Source: Diadema antillarum (lineage: Eukaryota). From it: a stretch of 64,000 bases of DNA. Both the position numbers and the translations under genes were made by a program. The stretch covers positions 930,001-994,000 of the forward strand of contig NW_027271622.1 in assembly GCF_040938485.1 (NCBI RefSeq). Direction: 5' to 3'. The stretch's first letter is position 1. Every line of letters begins with the position of its first letter. Below, one piece after another: positions 11,692 to 24,643 of the stretch. Below the pieces are notes generated by a model, which worked only from the letters and a program-made list of their open reading frames with translations, made no database searches and was not told the origin of the DNA.

Positions 11692-14020
11692 TATAATATA
11701 TATATATAATATATTAACTCAGTACGTGTTGATGACAAACTCGGATATATGTACTCTGCGTTTAAGTTGTCTGTTGTTTGAGGCTTCGACTTGTTTTTCT
11801 TTTTCATTTCTGTTTAAAGATGATGTGCGATTCAATGAGAATATACAAGCCTGTACCAAGTTGTCATCCCGTGAAATGATGGTCCAATAGCGCCATCTCT
11901 AGCCGATGCTACTAATACATGAAAAGAAATTACTTCCATTTGCGTTGATTGCTTGTTGTTTGCCAGAAAGAGGACAAAAGCATTGTGTTAACATAAAATA
12001 TGAAAAAGAAAAGATGTAAACAAATCACATTACCGGGTAAAATAAATGTACGTACCTAAATATAGGCACGTGTGAATAGTGATCGTATAAAAAACAAACA
12101 AACAAATGTAGTTCTAAATGGAATGCATTGTCAAGAGCTTGCTGGAGTTTGATAGTCCTCTACGACTGTTAAGCACGTATACAGTCAGTCCGCAGCGCGA
12201 GCGAAAACGCACGTATTTATTCAAGTCGTATGCACGGCTGAGCGGTGCTTGCATACGTAATGAGCAGATACATGGTCACGAATAAATCCGTGTAGAACGA
12301 GTATTTCTCGTCAGTTTTCGACATTTTTAGTATCGACTGAAAGAGAAAACATAAGTTAATATGCTCATGATCAAAATAAACGGAAAAGAAGAATAAAGAA
12401 TATCAAAATCCCTCTCGAAGTTCGGTATTGTATTCAAAGATATTCCTTCACGTTTGACGCCAAAAAATTAACCTGAAATATTTCATGCCCCTCTAAAATA
12501 TGGTGAAGACTATGTCCGCTAAGGTATATAGTATCACAATAAGGGCACGTTTTCCCATCTTCATTTCAATACGGGTCAGGAACTAGCAAAATTCAGAGAC
12601 ATGTCTAGCGTCGAGTTTAAAAAGATTATCCTCGCATTCGCACCGGAATTCCGGGTCTGTGATTGGTCGAAATCTGTCGCAAGACGCGGCGTGTCGCATT
12701 GCGTAGTATCCATTGGCTGCTGACTCAATGCTGTGAGTTTTAAATGTTAGGTTCCAGATTGTGATCGAATTTTCACTCTCTACACAAAACTTGAACTTTA
12801 CACAGGAACCAATGATGTGTATGTGAGTGTGCACTTACAATGACCCTGAACAATGGACCTGGCTGCCACCTGTCCCGAGCTCTGCTGCAAGGCACATGAA
12901 TGCTTAATCAATTATTCATGTGGATTGCCCCGAGCACTGCTAGTCTGAATTCTTGACACAGGGTGAAATGCATGCACATGAAAGAAGTAAGCACATGTTT
13001 CCATGTGCTTGCACACACCACATTTCAGAATGAACAAAGACTAGCTGCGATAGTGGAATTCCTCATGAAACATTCCAATCCTGGCCATTGTCCACGACCA
13101 TTAGCCGGGTTCACATACAAATCTCGAGATTTGTATCCCGCTAATTGGTGTACGTGTGAACCCGGCTATTGTCTGGGTATCAACAACACATTCCACGCGT
13201 GTTCATTCACTACCCCACTTCCAGTAAGAAAACATAATTTGCCTTGTTTTCAACAGGAAAATTCACAACCTTAAAAATGGTGCCCCTCTTCGTTTTTTAA
13301 TTGATCACACTCGCTCAAGTTTCACGATTGTGAAATCGAAGAAATTACGGAGATCTATTTTCAATACCAGTCAGGAACTAGGAAAACATCAAACTATGAT
13401 CTAAAAGCTTCTTGAACATTGGCAAAATAATCGTTTACTTTGATGCTAAAATGGACTACTATATTGACATCAAAAATAGGGAAATTAGGTATCAAATTAA
13501 TGAGCATAATCAGCTCTATAAGTTACCTAACCATCGTGGGTCAAACAATGCACTGCGAAAGCTATGAAAGCTGTTGATGCGACCTCTGCAAAAACTCTCG
13601 CAAAGTATCGCGAAATCTCGTCAGTCTCAAGGGCACAAACTGCGTAAACGTGATTCTGAATAAAATTGACGTTCGTGCCTCATTATCGCACACGCTGCGG
13701 ACTGACTGTATAATTCATTGTTTCATTGTTTAAGTTTCAAGGTAAGGTTTACCAATGACATTGTGAGCAGGGATTTTGTTTTTACGTTCGAGTTATCACA
13801 TTTTGATGTTTATGTGTAGACTAGTTGTATAAAAGAAGTAAAGATTTACATTAGCGGAGAAACTAAATGTACGTACCTAAATATAGGCACGTGTGAATAG
13901 TGATCACATTAAAAAAATGCTGATTTAAAATGGGATGCATTTTCAAGGGCATACTGATCTGCGATAGGCCTCTAGGACTGTTCAGCACGTAAAATTCATT
14001 GTTTGATTGTTAAAGATGAA

Positions 14021-14360
14021 AGATATTGTTTACCACTGGGAGCAGTAGTGATTGAAAAGAAAATGTTCGAGTTATCACATTTGATGCATATGTGTAGGTC
14101 AACTGTATCAGAAAAAAAATCCTACCATATAAAAATTACGCAACAAAGTCTGGAATATAAAGAGGAATCACGTTTTCCTACTGAGTAAACCAAAACTGTA
14201 GACTGTTTATTCTAAAAACATTTTGTATATTAACATTACTAATTATACTGATTAACATATTTATATTCGGTGTTTAATCTATTCTTAACTCACATTCTAA
14301 GGACTATTTTGAAGCACTAAAGCTGAGTTTTGTTTCTTCTGCAAATGGTAGATAATACCT
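14021..14360. mobile_element. Kolobok-like MITE family 1 copy
   Basis: Homologous to 214-589; ends GGTAGATAATACCT|TTAA. Confidence 0.65.
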
Positions 14361-14823
14361 TTAACTACATCGCTTGCTACCAAATTACATCACCGATCGA
14401 TAATGCTCTCACAACATTTTAAAATGACTATAATATATATTACTGTAAGGTATAGCCATGTACGACAAAAGATTCTTATTTTGATAATGTGAAAAGAGAA
14501 ATCCCATATTCATTATAATTTACATAACATATTTGACAGCTCACTATTAAAGAAAAGCTCACTATTAAAGAAAACCTCCCAAGAAAAAGAAAAATAGAAC
14601 AGCCTCAATTTGATAATAATGTTTACCTTTTACATTCTCAATTTTTGAGCATCCAGACTTCTGTCAGATAACAACCAGTCATGACAGAACATTTTTGAGA
14701 CTTCCGGAATGGGGTGTGCATTGTTGATCCAGATTAATGAGAATAGATAATAATTTTCCTTTGCTTTTTAAACCTGAAAGTGTAATACGGACCTTCAGTA
14801 GTGGCCATCGACAACTATAACTT

Positions 14824-14990
14824 ACCACTACCACCACTACTACTACTACTACTACTACAATTTCTGCTGCTACTACTACTGCTACTACTATTATTTCTAC
14901 TGCTCGTAGTAGTAGTGGTAGTAATACTACCCACTTCTACCACTACCACTACTATTATCACTACTATAATGCTACTACTTGTACTAGAAT
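14824..14990. repeat. Imperfect (CTA/CCA)n trinucleotide microsatellite
   Basis: ctactactactactac... array; source of the poly-Leu ORF 14801-15046. Confidence 0.9.
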
Positions 14991-15231
14991 ACTATAGGCC
15001 TACTACGATACAGCACAACAGCATAATTTGTTACAGTGTTCGATGAATATAGCCAACTGAGAACACGGAAGTGCAGTCTTACCACGGAGCTACTAGCTCC
15101 ATGTTTTTACACATTATAATACTCCAATGCTGACAGTCCACATGACAAAGATTGAATAACGGACGCAAACTATAACCTAATTAACCAGAGCAAAGATTAC
15201 GTTAGAATTTGGTTGCCTGTACCTGTGAGTT

Positions 15232-16410
15232 TTATTTGATGTTAACGAAGAAAATCCTGGTTTTACCACGGTCCTTTTGATCCGCTTTGGCCTTCTGGTC
15301 TTGCGACTCGCTGTTCTCATCGAACTTTTGTCCGAACACTGGCGCCCTGGTACCCTCCCTGCACGACAAGAAGCTCTTGAGGGCGTCACGGAACTTTTTG
15401 TGTTGCACAGTGTAGATGATTGGGTTGGCACAGGAGTTGCAGAAAGCGAGAACCACGAGCACTCGGTCTACGGGACCGTACAAATACTTCGGCGAGAGGA
15501 GGCCTAGGTTGAACGCCAGGTAGGCCGACTGGTTCGGGGCCCAGCAGACGATGAATGTGAGTACAACGACAAAGAGCAACCGGATTACCCGCTTCTTGGC
15601 CCTGAGTATGCGGACTGATGGGTGCGAGACATCCACCTTTCCCGCGCTTTCTTGTAAAAACTTCCTCGATTGTCGATGTAGAATGTACACCGTCAATGCC
15701 TGAGCTAGGAGCATCACGATGATGGGGACGACGAGAACGAGCAAGAACGACGTAAGTCCCAAGACTTGTGAACCACTTGGGGTGGGAAATCGGATGTAGC
15801 AAACGTGCTTGACGCTGTCGACAAAGAAGACGAAAAACGCAAAGCTGTTCAGGACGAATGCAGCCGCCCATATCGCCGCGATGCAGAGCAAAGTGTGCCG
15901 ATGAGAGAAGATACGCTTGGAACGGAACGGGAACGCTACGGCCACAAACCGCTCAACCGAAATGACCGCCAGGGTGAAGATCGACGCACTCACAGAGATC
16001 CACATCGGCCGAGAGGTGAAGATGAACTTGCAGTAGAATTGCCCCAACCAGGATGGAGGGACACGCAGGATGTCCGGAATCGGGATGAGAAACACCGAGG
16101 TGAGGAAATCCGCTACGGCCAGGGCTCCGATGAGGGTGTCGGTGGATCTTCTGACAACTTTCGGCCGGAAAATGACGCACATGACCAATAAATTCCCGAC
16201 TGTTCCCACGATCGCCGACACCAACTGCAGAATCGCCCACCACTCCCAAGAAATTGAAGCCCAAAGCCACGGGTCGCCATCATTAAGATCTTCCGGACTT
16301 TTGTTATCCATTGTTCGTAAGTCTAGAGTTGTGAAAACTTCAAGCTCAATCCCTGAAGAAAGAGAAGTCTCCATAGTGCAAAGGGCCTTGTGCTGTTTGC
16401 ATGAAAACAT
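15232..16410 (-). CDS. Class A GPCR 'A', galanin/allatostatin-A receptor-like, single coding exon
   Basis: 392-aa ORF with 7 hydrophobic segments and the motifs GNLLV (TM1), LAVADF (TM2), TM3 Cys YCK, SVERF, CWAP (TM6) and NSCANPIIY (TM7). The true start may be the in-frame ATG at 16374, downstream of a candidate acceptor at 16393. Confidence 0.92.
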   Translation of the reverse strand: MFSCKQHKALCTMETSLSSGIELEVFTTLDLRTMDNKSPEDLNDGDPWLWASISWEWWAILQLVSAIVGTVGNLLVMCVIFRPKVVRRSTDTLIGALAVADFLTSVFLIPIPDILRVPPSWLGQFYCKFIFTSRPMWISVSASIFTLAVISVERFVAVAFPFRSKRIFSHRHTLLCIAAIWAAAFVLNSFAFFVFFVDSVKHVCYIRFPTPSGSQVLGLTSFLLVLVVPIIVMLLAQALTVYILHRQSRKFLQESAGKVDVSHPSVRILRAKKRVIRLLFVVVLTFIVCWAPNQSAYLAFNLGLLSPKYLYGPVDRVLVVLAFCNSCANPIIYTVQHKKFRDALKSFLSCREGTRAPVFGQKFDENSESQDQKAKADQKDRGKTRIFFVNIK

Positions 16411-18665
16411 CCAGGATAAGTATGTTTAGAACAAAACAACCCATTTGACAAATTTAACGATAAAAGAAATTGGCCATCACGTGAGATGCCGAGCCTTGTC
16501 TCGACTCCCTCCTTCGCCTTTCTCTCTTTGCTGTACACGTAAAAATGACACTCGAAATAATCGTAGCTTCAGCTTAATTTATTTATCTATTGCAATTCTT
16601 TATCCAGAGTAGCCTGATCAGCATGAGATATATAAACAGTTGTCAACATATTCACCATGAAAAATTAGTTTCATTTCCGAATTCATATTCACTCTACGAT
16701 GTTTTGTCAGTCCTTACGTTTTTCCTGAAACTACTGAAAGAATATTAACATCAATATCATACAAAATAGATCAATCTTTTGAATTCCAGCAGTTTTCGTT
16801 AAAGATGAAAAAAAAAAATCCATCGGACACTCTATCATTTTCGTAATACATTGTAGCACACACTCTAATGGACCCCGGCCCAAATCTAGACTGAAAGATT
16901 CGACGGACTATGGCCTTCTAGAGAGACCCAACTATTCCTCCCAAGAAAGATTATAAATACTGAAGCCAGGACAACGGCCGGCCTCCCCTTCCCAAGAAAA
17001 CCAACACGAAGTAAATACTCTAGAGCTGTATGCTTGCCTGGTAAACTATTGGACCATTGGCCAAATACAAATTTTGTGGACCGGTAAAGTTTACTAGACG
17101 AGCAAAAGTCGAAACGTAACAGATCTGCTGTGCTCAAAATTGACTAAAAAAGTTGACCGATGAAATAAAAAAAAAAAAAAAATAATGGCTTTAAATTGGC
17201 CATGTCAGCCACCAATTCTATCAAGTGCTCTGCGAAGAGCAATCACAATTATGGCCTTGAATAAGATTTCATAAAAGAGACATTTAAGATATTGCATTTA
17301 TTAGGTAGATATGGAACAACCATAAGCACAAATCGCAGAAATATTTACCAGAAATGATTAATGTACGGCAAACCAATTCCTACCTCAACAGTCCTTCAGA
17401 ATGCCGGACACGTTGCAGGTTTACCGTCGAAGAATTGTCTTTGGACTTTCTTCTCGACTGGTGATCAGTTTTTATAGCAAGTCGGCCCTATTCTGGCATA
17501 AGTTGCTTCTTTAGTGATATGAGATACACAAGTCTACATTGCAAAATCAAGCGGCCAGGATATATTCTGACGGAGCCTGAATGGGACAGTCACAATTGAT
17601 AGCAATGCTTAAAATCGATTGACGCTTTCTATGTGGGGGAGATGTCGTCTGCGTTCCGACTGTTGGGTGGCTGTCCAATCATGAGCTGAGTGACGTCATC
17701 ATTCTAAACGCAGATTATTACAGGCAGCACCAGCGTCTCTACCACCTCTTTAAAATTAACTATTCTCAAGGATCACTCTTCTTCTGAGAGAGTTGCGCTG
17801 GCCTCCGATCGCCAACGAATATCATGAAAGATCTTAATAATTATTATCTTTATATCAGATGCGCTCATCGGTCAGGTCCTTGCAGTTACATTTCTAAACT
17901 AAAAATTAGTATTTACATCTGCACAAGCATAGTCATAATCTGCGCAGTGTTAAAGACACTCTTCCTTTACAAAATCCCAACATCCTGATGCAAGACGAAA
18001 AAAAAAAAAATATTAGGAGACCGGGAATTTGTCTGTGCAGCTCCCATAAACCTTGGAATAACTTACCGTGAGAAAACAGGAGAAAACACCAACAGCAAAA
18101 GTCTTAAAATCAAGACTCAAGACACGTTTTATTAATATCTTAAGTATGCATCATTGTGAAATATATCAGAAGCTGTACAGTGCAGATGAATTGTAATAAT
18201 TGATCATTTACACAGCCTCTATACTTTACATATTGGTATAGTTATTGTTCTTATGTCTTGTACAGGTTTCTCTTTTCTTGATAAGTGTGTAACTAACGAT
18301 GTGATGTTGGTTTATCACGGGTCAGGAACATTTTAGCCCTCGTCAGTTAACTGATAATCGGACCATGTATAATTCAAAAACGTGGGGGGGGGGGGGGAAT
18401 CAATTGTGATGCAAACTATTTCAAAACTGTTTTCTCGACACACCATACCTCATGAACAAGGGTAAATGGACGCGGTGGGATAATTGCATCAAGTGATAAG
18501 TGATTTGATATTCATCCATCGAGTTTTTCCCCTCCGTAGTTAATATATATTCTCATTTTATTTGTGTCGTTTATGAAGAAATAGATGACCTCCATCAATC
18601 ATCGCGAAAACTCATTAGCATTTTCATTTTCACGAGTGTTTGTTTGTTTGTTTTTATGTGTGTAT

Positions 18666-18696
<31 letters not shown>

Positions 18697-18766
18697 CGTG
18701 CGCGTATGTATGGATGCAGGGGTCATCAAAATACCTTGAGCAGGGTGGAAGATCCAGAGATTTTAA

Positions 18767-19148
18767 AGGGATAGTACAGTATTGGTGGAGATGAGAATTG
18801 GGTTTTTAACTTTTTGCGAGATACCAAGAAAACACTTATGATATAGTACAGAGCATACCATTTTAAGAGGAATTCAAAGTTTATTTGATGAAAATTGGGT
18901 TTGGAATGAATGAAACATCAAAAAACAAAGTAAAACAAAGCGATCGTAATAAAGTGTGGGTCCCACACTTTATTAGAATCGCTCTTTTTTGGATATCTCA
19001 GCCATTTTAAAACCAATTTTCATCAAATAAATGTTGAATTCATCAAATAATTAAATGCTCTTTCATATTTCATAAGAGGTTTCTCATTATTTCAACAAAA
19101 AATGTTAGAAACCTGAAATTAGGTCTCAACCCAAACTGTACGATCCCT
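18767..19148. mobile_element. 382-bp TTAA-flanked MITE (Kolobok-like family 2)
   Basis: TTAA|AGGGATAGTACAGTATTGG ... CCAAACTGTACGATCCCT|TTAA; inverted copy of the same length at 27969-28350. Confidence 0.88.
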
Positions 19149-20239
19149 TTAAGCTTACGCGTTTGCCCCCAAAGCGGATTCATTATAGATTTGTTTTCGA
19201 TTCCACCATACAATCCTCAATAAAACATTGTTGTTGCCTGCAAATTCAAAGCAAGCTCGTAGGTCCACTCTGCGCATGATCAGAAAAAAGGGCAATTTGT
19301 GTAAATGGGTATGTTGTTTTTTTCTTTCTTTTTTTTTGATTTACCACGAAGAGGAGCATCTACGTTGTAATGATTATATATTCATGTAAACCTTGCAAAC
19401 GATGTTTATAATCAGCTAGCTTCACAGTCTTCACCAAGGGATCAATATCAAAAAAGTATCAAATTGTACATGGCTTTTCTTGACAGCTTTTCATTGAAAA
19501 ATACAAAAAGAAACAATTCTGCGAGGGAGGTTATGTGACTTTAATCTTCGTCAGACAGACAAGCAGTGGATGATGGAAAACATCGTGCCTTGCATCTGAT
19601 ACAGATATGAGATGTATACGTGGCATGAATGAAACATGCTTTCTGTTTAATAATTAGGTATAGACTCGGCTAAATAGATTGGGTTGGAATGCCCTGCCCG
19701 ACACTACCTGATCACGCAAAGACAAGGGCGCGAAGAAAGAGAATAATGTGAAAAGAGAGACGGGGGGGGGGGGGTGACACTAAGAAAATTGTTCGCACAC
19801 GTCAAACCCTATGTAAAATGCAGTGTCTGGCAAGGTTGACGGAATAAAGCACTCGTGGATCGTGACTGCCACCCATTCGTGGTCACACAGAATAATGTAC
19901 GTGGTTGTATGTAACCTTGCGTCAACAAGAGGATAGAGTATGATTATATAGGTTTTCCCGGCCAATATCGCGCTTTTTTCAGTCCATTTGATAGAAGGTT
20001 CATTCAATTTAGCAAAACCCCTCGTTATCGCACAATCTGTCTTTCAAAACTTTTGCGTTCAATTTAACATTTTGATCAATGAAATTTGCACATGTGGCTT
20101 TCGAATTTGTAAAAAGAGCTTTCAAATTGGCTGGTACTCCACGTTCATTCCAATTCACCACCACTCGCCGAAAAGGATAATTGAGTCATTCAATTTCGCG
20201 AATGGGCAGTCAAATTCAAATCATTTTCATTCAAATTAA

Positions 20240-20618
20240 AGGGGATGGCTAGTAACTGATCAGTGGGAATCAGAGGGAATGCTGGGGGATGATTGTTCCG
20301 ATCCTTAATTGTGGGATTAATTTAAGAGTACATTATATATTTATTGTTGTGTGAAAATTATTTGCTTCAGAATGGTCTCATATTTAAGTAATGTGCAGAT
20401 AATCGTTCACGATCGCCCAGTCACTGTACAGGCATGCTAACCTGAAAACATTAACCTGCACATTATTTGAATATGAGACCATTCTCAAGCAAATAATTTT
20501 CACACAATTATAGATATATAATGTACTCTTAATTTCTTAAATGAATCCCACAAGAATTGGAACAATCATCTCCCAGCATTCCCACTGATTCCCACTCATC
20601 ACTTACTAGCCATCCCCT
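20240..20618. mobile_element. 379-bp TTAA-flanked foldback MITE (Kolobok-like family 3)
   Basis: TTAA|AGGGGATGGCTAGTAA ... TTACTAGCCATCCCCT|TTAA; the inverted repeat extends >60 bp inward. Confidence 0.88.
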
Positions 20619-21409
20619 TTAACGTCATATATTTCTCTCTTTTTTCGAAAAGGTGAGAGCATTTAGATATGTGTATTTCAGTGTGACTTATTTTTTATCC
20701 ACACACTATTAAGCAGTTAAAGTATCATTTTTTGACCGATATAACTCGAGTTTGTTGTTCTGTGACGCCCCTTTTCTTTCATACATATAGGCCGATGTAC
20801 CAATACTACAGAATCTGATTAATTTCATCTTCTTACAGTCATGACAGCACAAGTTAGATACAGATGTATATCTCAAGAAGACAGAGAAATAATTATAGGA
20901 ATATTTGATGATCATAACCTTGACTTCCTAGAACTGGCCGACACACTTTGAATATATCGCTCAACGAGCAGATAAGTTGTGGCCACATGTACTATCTCCT
21001 GACTGGAAGATTCAATAAGCACATTAAAAAAAAAAAGAAAATTGTTGCCAAAATATTTAAAATGAATACGAAAATATGAAGTGTAATGATTCTTTCAAAA
21101 CAATAACTACTGTATGTTGAAAAAAAAAGTAAAGAAAGAACCAAAGCTTAAACATGTGTGCTGAATTGACTGCAAAGATGTTAAATTGAATGTCCCAATA
21201 TGAATTCGTATGAACGGGTGCAGCATATAAATGTAATCACGTGACCATATCATTCTAAATTGAATAAACGAATAACGAATTTAAATTGAAAAAAGTGTTA
21301 ATTACAATGGGGTTAAAGGTAATTTGAATGCTCCAATATGAATTTGAATGAGGAGATCATAAAACTGAAATACCGAACAAGTCATCTACGCTAAATTTTG
21401 CGAAATTGA

Positions 21410-22972
21410 AGGCCCCCTCACACCTGAGCGAATTGCCTGAAATATGATTTGCTATGGCTGGCGAAAGGCATTTTTGGAAAAATCGTTTTCAATGGTAATT
21501 GATAGTAAATCATATTTACCCTTCGTACACCTTCTGAACTAACAGTTGCGATTATTCAAATTCGCACGGGATTTTTGAACATGTTTAAAATTTCCCGACG
21601 AATTGAAAAATCGTCTGTCATTTGCTTGAATTTGCATCTCTTATGTATATAGTCTGAGGTAATCGTTCGTTCATCGTTCGTGTGCTATTGTCACGCATAG
21701 TCCCTCATCGCGCTTTTGCCAAGGTGGACCGATCTCGAAAGAACCCTAAACGAAGCAACACGATGACTAAATATGACTTGCCCATAGAAACGAAGATACT
21801 ATGACAAACGTATTTTCGCTTGCCATCTTCTATGCGAAGGGAAACCAAGATTGACTTTTACTAAATTTGAATAGCGATGCATACACGAAGGCAAGTCTAA
21901 AGAGATACTCTGACAAACTATGGATTGCGAAGTGATACGAATACGAGCGAATGACCTGACGGAAAAATTGGCGAATGCTGAGCTGCTCTCTGTGACCAGC
22001 CACTCACCACGCTACTCATATATAAACATTCCACCCGAAAGTCTCAAACCCCCACGAGTGACTTGAAGGGTACTTTTAGTAAAACTGTACATTTAAACTT
22101 GCTTAACAATGATATACCATAATTTAGTCATTTATAATGTTATTGAACAAATTAGAATAATAATTAGTGGCCTTTTTATTGATGGAAAATGAACCCACAT
22201 GGACTTGGGTCGTTCTTTTATTCATATACTCAATAATAAACAGTTAAACACAACACAAATTCAAATACAAACACAACTTTATTTGTAACATCCCCCCCTT
22301 AGTTTCTGGCATTTGACTTGGTTTGACATCTAGGGGACCATTCTGTCCTGCCATGGAACACTGTATGCTTCAGAGTTGCACCAGTGTTGTTTCACTAGGT
22401 TCACTTCTTCCTTTCATGTTGCGTGGATGATTTTTCTGGCCGCACTGAAATCTGGGGGGCGTTTCATCAACGAGTTCGTCGGAGGTTTTCACCGACAAAT
22501 TTGCAATCAGCCAATCAGACGCAAGGATTTCAGTAGCTTTTCAAATTTGTCGGTGAAAACCTCCGACGAACTAGTTGATGAAACACCCCCCTGGACGGAC
22601 CTGGTCGCTTTTATACTCCCGAGGAGCGCACACACACACGTACGAGAACGCCTGATCCATTCTTTCGTCTTCGTTTCCAATCGCACGCCATATCAAACCA
22701 TTGCTCATTGTTCGTTCGTGTTATCGGGTCATATCAACCCTTTGCTCGCCTTCGGCCGCAATTTACTCAAAGAAGTGAACCGAAAAATCGTTATCCTTCG
22801 CATGTCATATTTATCCTTCGCTTACCGTTCGTTAATCATATTTGATTTTAGTCTATAATCGGATGATTTGAAGGCAATTTCATTTGAAATTGTTGAATTC
22901 GCGCGCATTTCGTGCGTTTTTTTCCCATTCGTCCCCCTTCGTCCCCCTACATTCCCTCAGGTGTGAGGGGCT
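21410..22972. mobile_element. ~1.56-kb non-autonomous Harbinger-like DNA transposon
   Basis: Imperfect TIR AGGCCCCCTCACACCTGAG ... CTCAGGTGTGAGGGGCT; flanks are only loosely TWA-like; no transposase ORF. Confidence 0.55.
22455..22590. mobile_element. 136-bp hairpin MITE with 3-bp TSD CTG (Harbinger-like)
   Basis: CTG|GGGGGCGTTTCATCAAC...CCGACAAATTTG and its near-perfect inverse ...GTTGATGAAACACCCCC|CTG; arms about 49 bp. Confidence 0.88.
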
Positions 22973-23171
22973 TTAAGTAATTCGACTGACAGTGAAATTG
23001 ACCAGGAAAACCTATGTTATGTACCTGGCTGTTTATAAAGTTGGAAAGGCCTATTTTAATAGGCATGGAGGAATATTGTGTAATCACGATAACGACTTCC
23101 AAAGCATAATTTCAGTGGAAACTGCATATGATTATAATGTTATGTCCGCCATCCATCCTCGTGTGTCGGTT

Positions 23172-24598
23172 TAGTCTGGGTGCCAAAGCCACTTTTTGGG
23201 CCTAACCTTGTTTTACCGTCCACCCAATGTTTTTTGATAGTTTTACCCTATTTCGAGGGTGCTGAATCCGAATCTGGATGATGCAACTCTTGCATCCTTG
23301 AGGGTTTTGAGATATTCAAGATGGCCGCCAAAATGGCCGCCCAAACCGGAAATTCTCACGTATTTCATTCTCAATGGTGAAAAATTGAAAACACTTGATG
23401 GTTTTACCCTATTTCGAGGGTGCTGAATCCGAATCTGGATGATGCAACTCTTGCATCATTGAAGGTTTTGAGAGATTCAAGATGGCCGCCAAAGTGGCCG
23501 CCGAAATAACCGCCAATTAAAACCAGAAATCCCGATGTATTTCCTTCTAAATGGTGAGAAATTCAAAATGATCGATGGTTTTACCCTGTTTGGATGGTGC
23601 TGAATCCGAATCTGGATGATGCAACTCCTGCATCCTCGAGGATATTGAGATATTCAAGATGGCCGCCAAAATGGCCGCCAAAACCGGAAATTCTCACGTA
23701 TTTCCTTATAAATGGTGAGAAATTGAAAACAAGTGATGGTTTTACTCTGTTTGGAGGGTGCTGAATTCGAATCTGGATGATACAACTCTTGCATCCTTGA
23801 GGATTTTGAGATATTCAAGATGGCCGCCAAAATGGCCGCCGAAACCGGAAATTCTCACGTATTTCATTCTCAATGGTTCAAAATTGAGAACAATTGATGG
23901 TTCTATTCTATTCCGATTTCAAAATGGCCGCCAAAACCGGAAATTTCAATTTTAATATTTCGCAATTGAGAACAATTTTATCGATGATTCCACCCTATTT
24001 TGATCACTGTGCTGAATGCGAATCTGGACGAAACCACCCTTGCATCATTGAGAGTTTGGAGATATTCAAGATAGCCGCCAAAATGCTCGCCAGAATGGTG
24101 AGAAATTGATAACATTTTGATGGTTTTACCCTATTTCAGGTTTTCGTCAATGGCAAAATCTAAACCCAACCATACTCTGCTGATAAACGAATGCATATTG
24201 TACATCCCAGTTTGAACTTGCTGTACAGTGAAACCAGCTTTACCGGATATCTTGGAGTTTGTAAGATACAGCTGTGCCAGGAATGAATCCTGCAAGACTA
24301 TAGATGCGGTTGAATATATGAAAGATTACACTGTTTCATCTACATATCATGGATATGTTTTGAACACTAACAATCAGCGGACAAGACATACCCATCTCGA
24401 TCGTATTGTGATAGTGATGTAGAGAAGTTTACTGAGATTCCCAATATTACCTGTTTTAATCCATGAAAAGTTTTAATCGTTTCATCCATGAACACTCACA
24501 TTGGTTAATTGGTTTATATTGGTGGTCTTGATGACATTGTCCAAGACAAGAGTTGGACATTTTTATACTTCTGCTTCAAATTTTTCTTCAACATGATG

Positions 24599-24643
<45 letters not shown>

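Noticed and set aside
15277-16429. Overlapping and antisense ORFs inside the GPCR genes (also at 37-38, 51-52, 53-54 and 58-61 kb)
   Set aside because: Expected shadows of GC-richer coding sequence; no recognisable domains.
22060-22302. LTR start after a polypurine tract (minus strand AAGGGGGGGA-TGTTAC)
   Set aside because: No second LTR, PBS, TSD or gag/pol remnant is visible.
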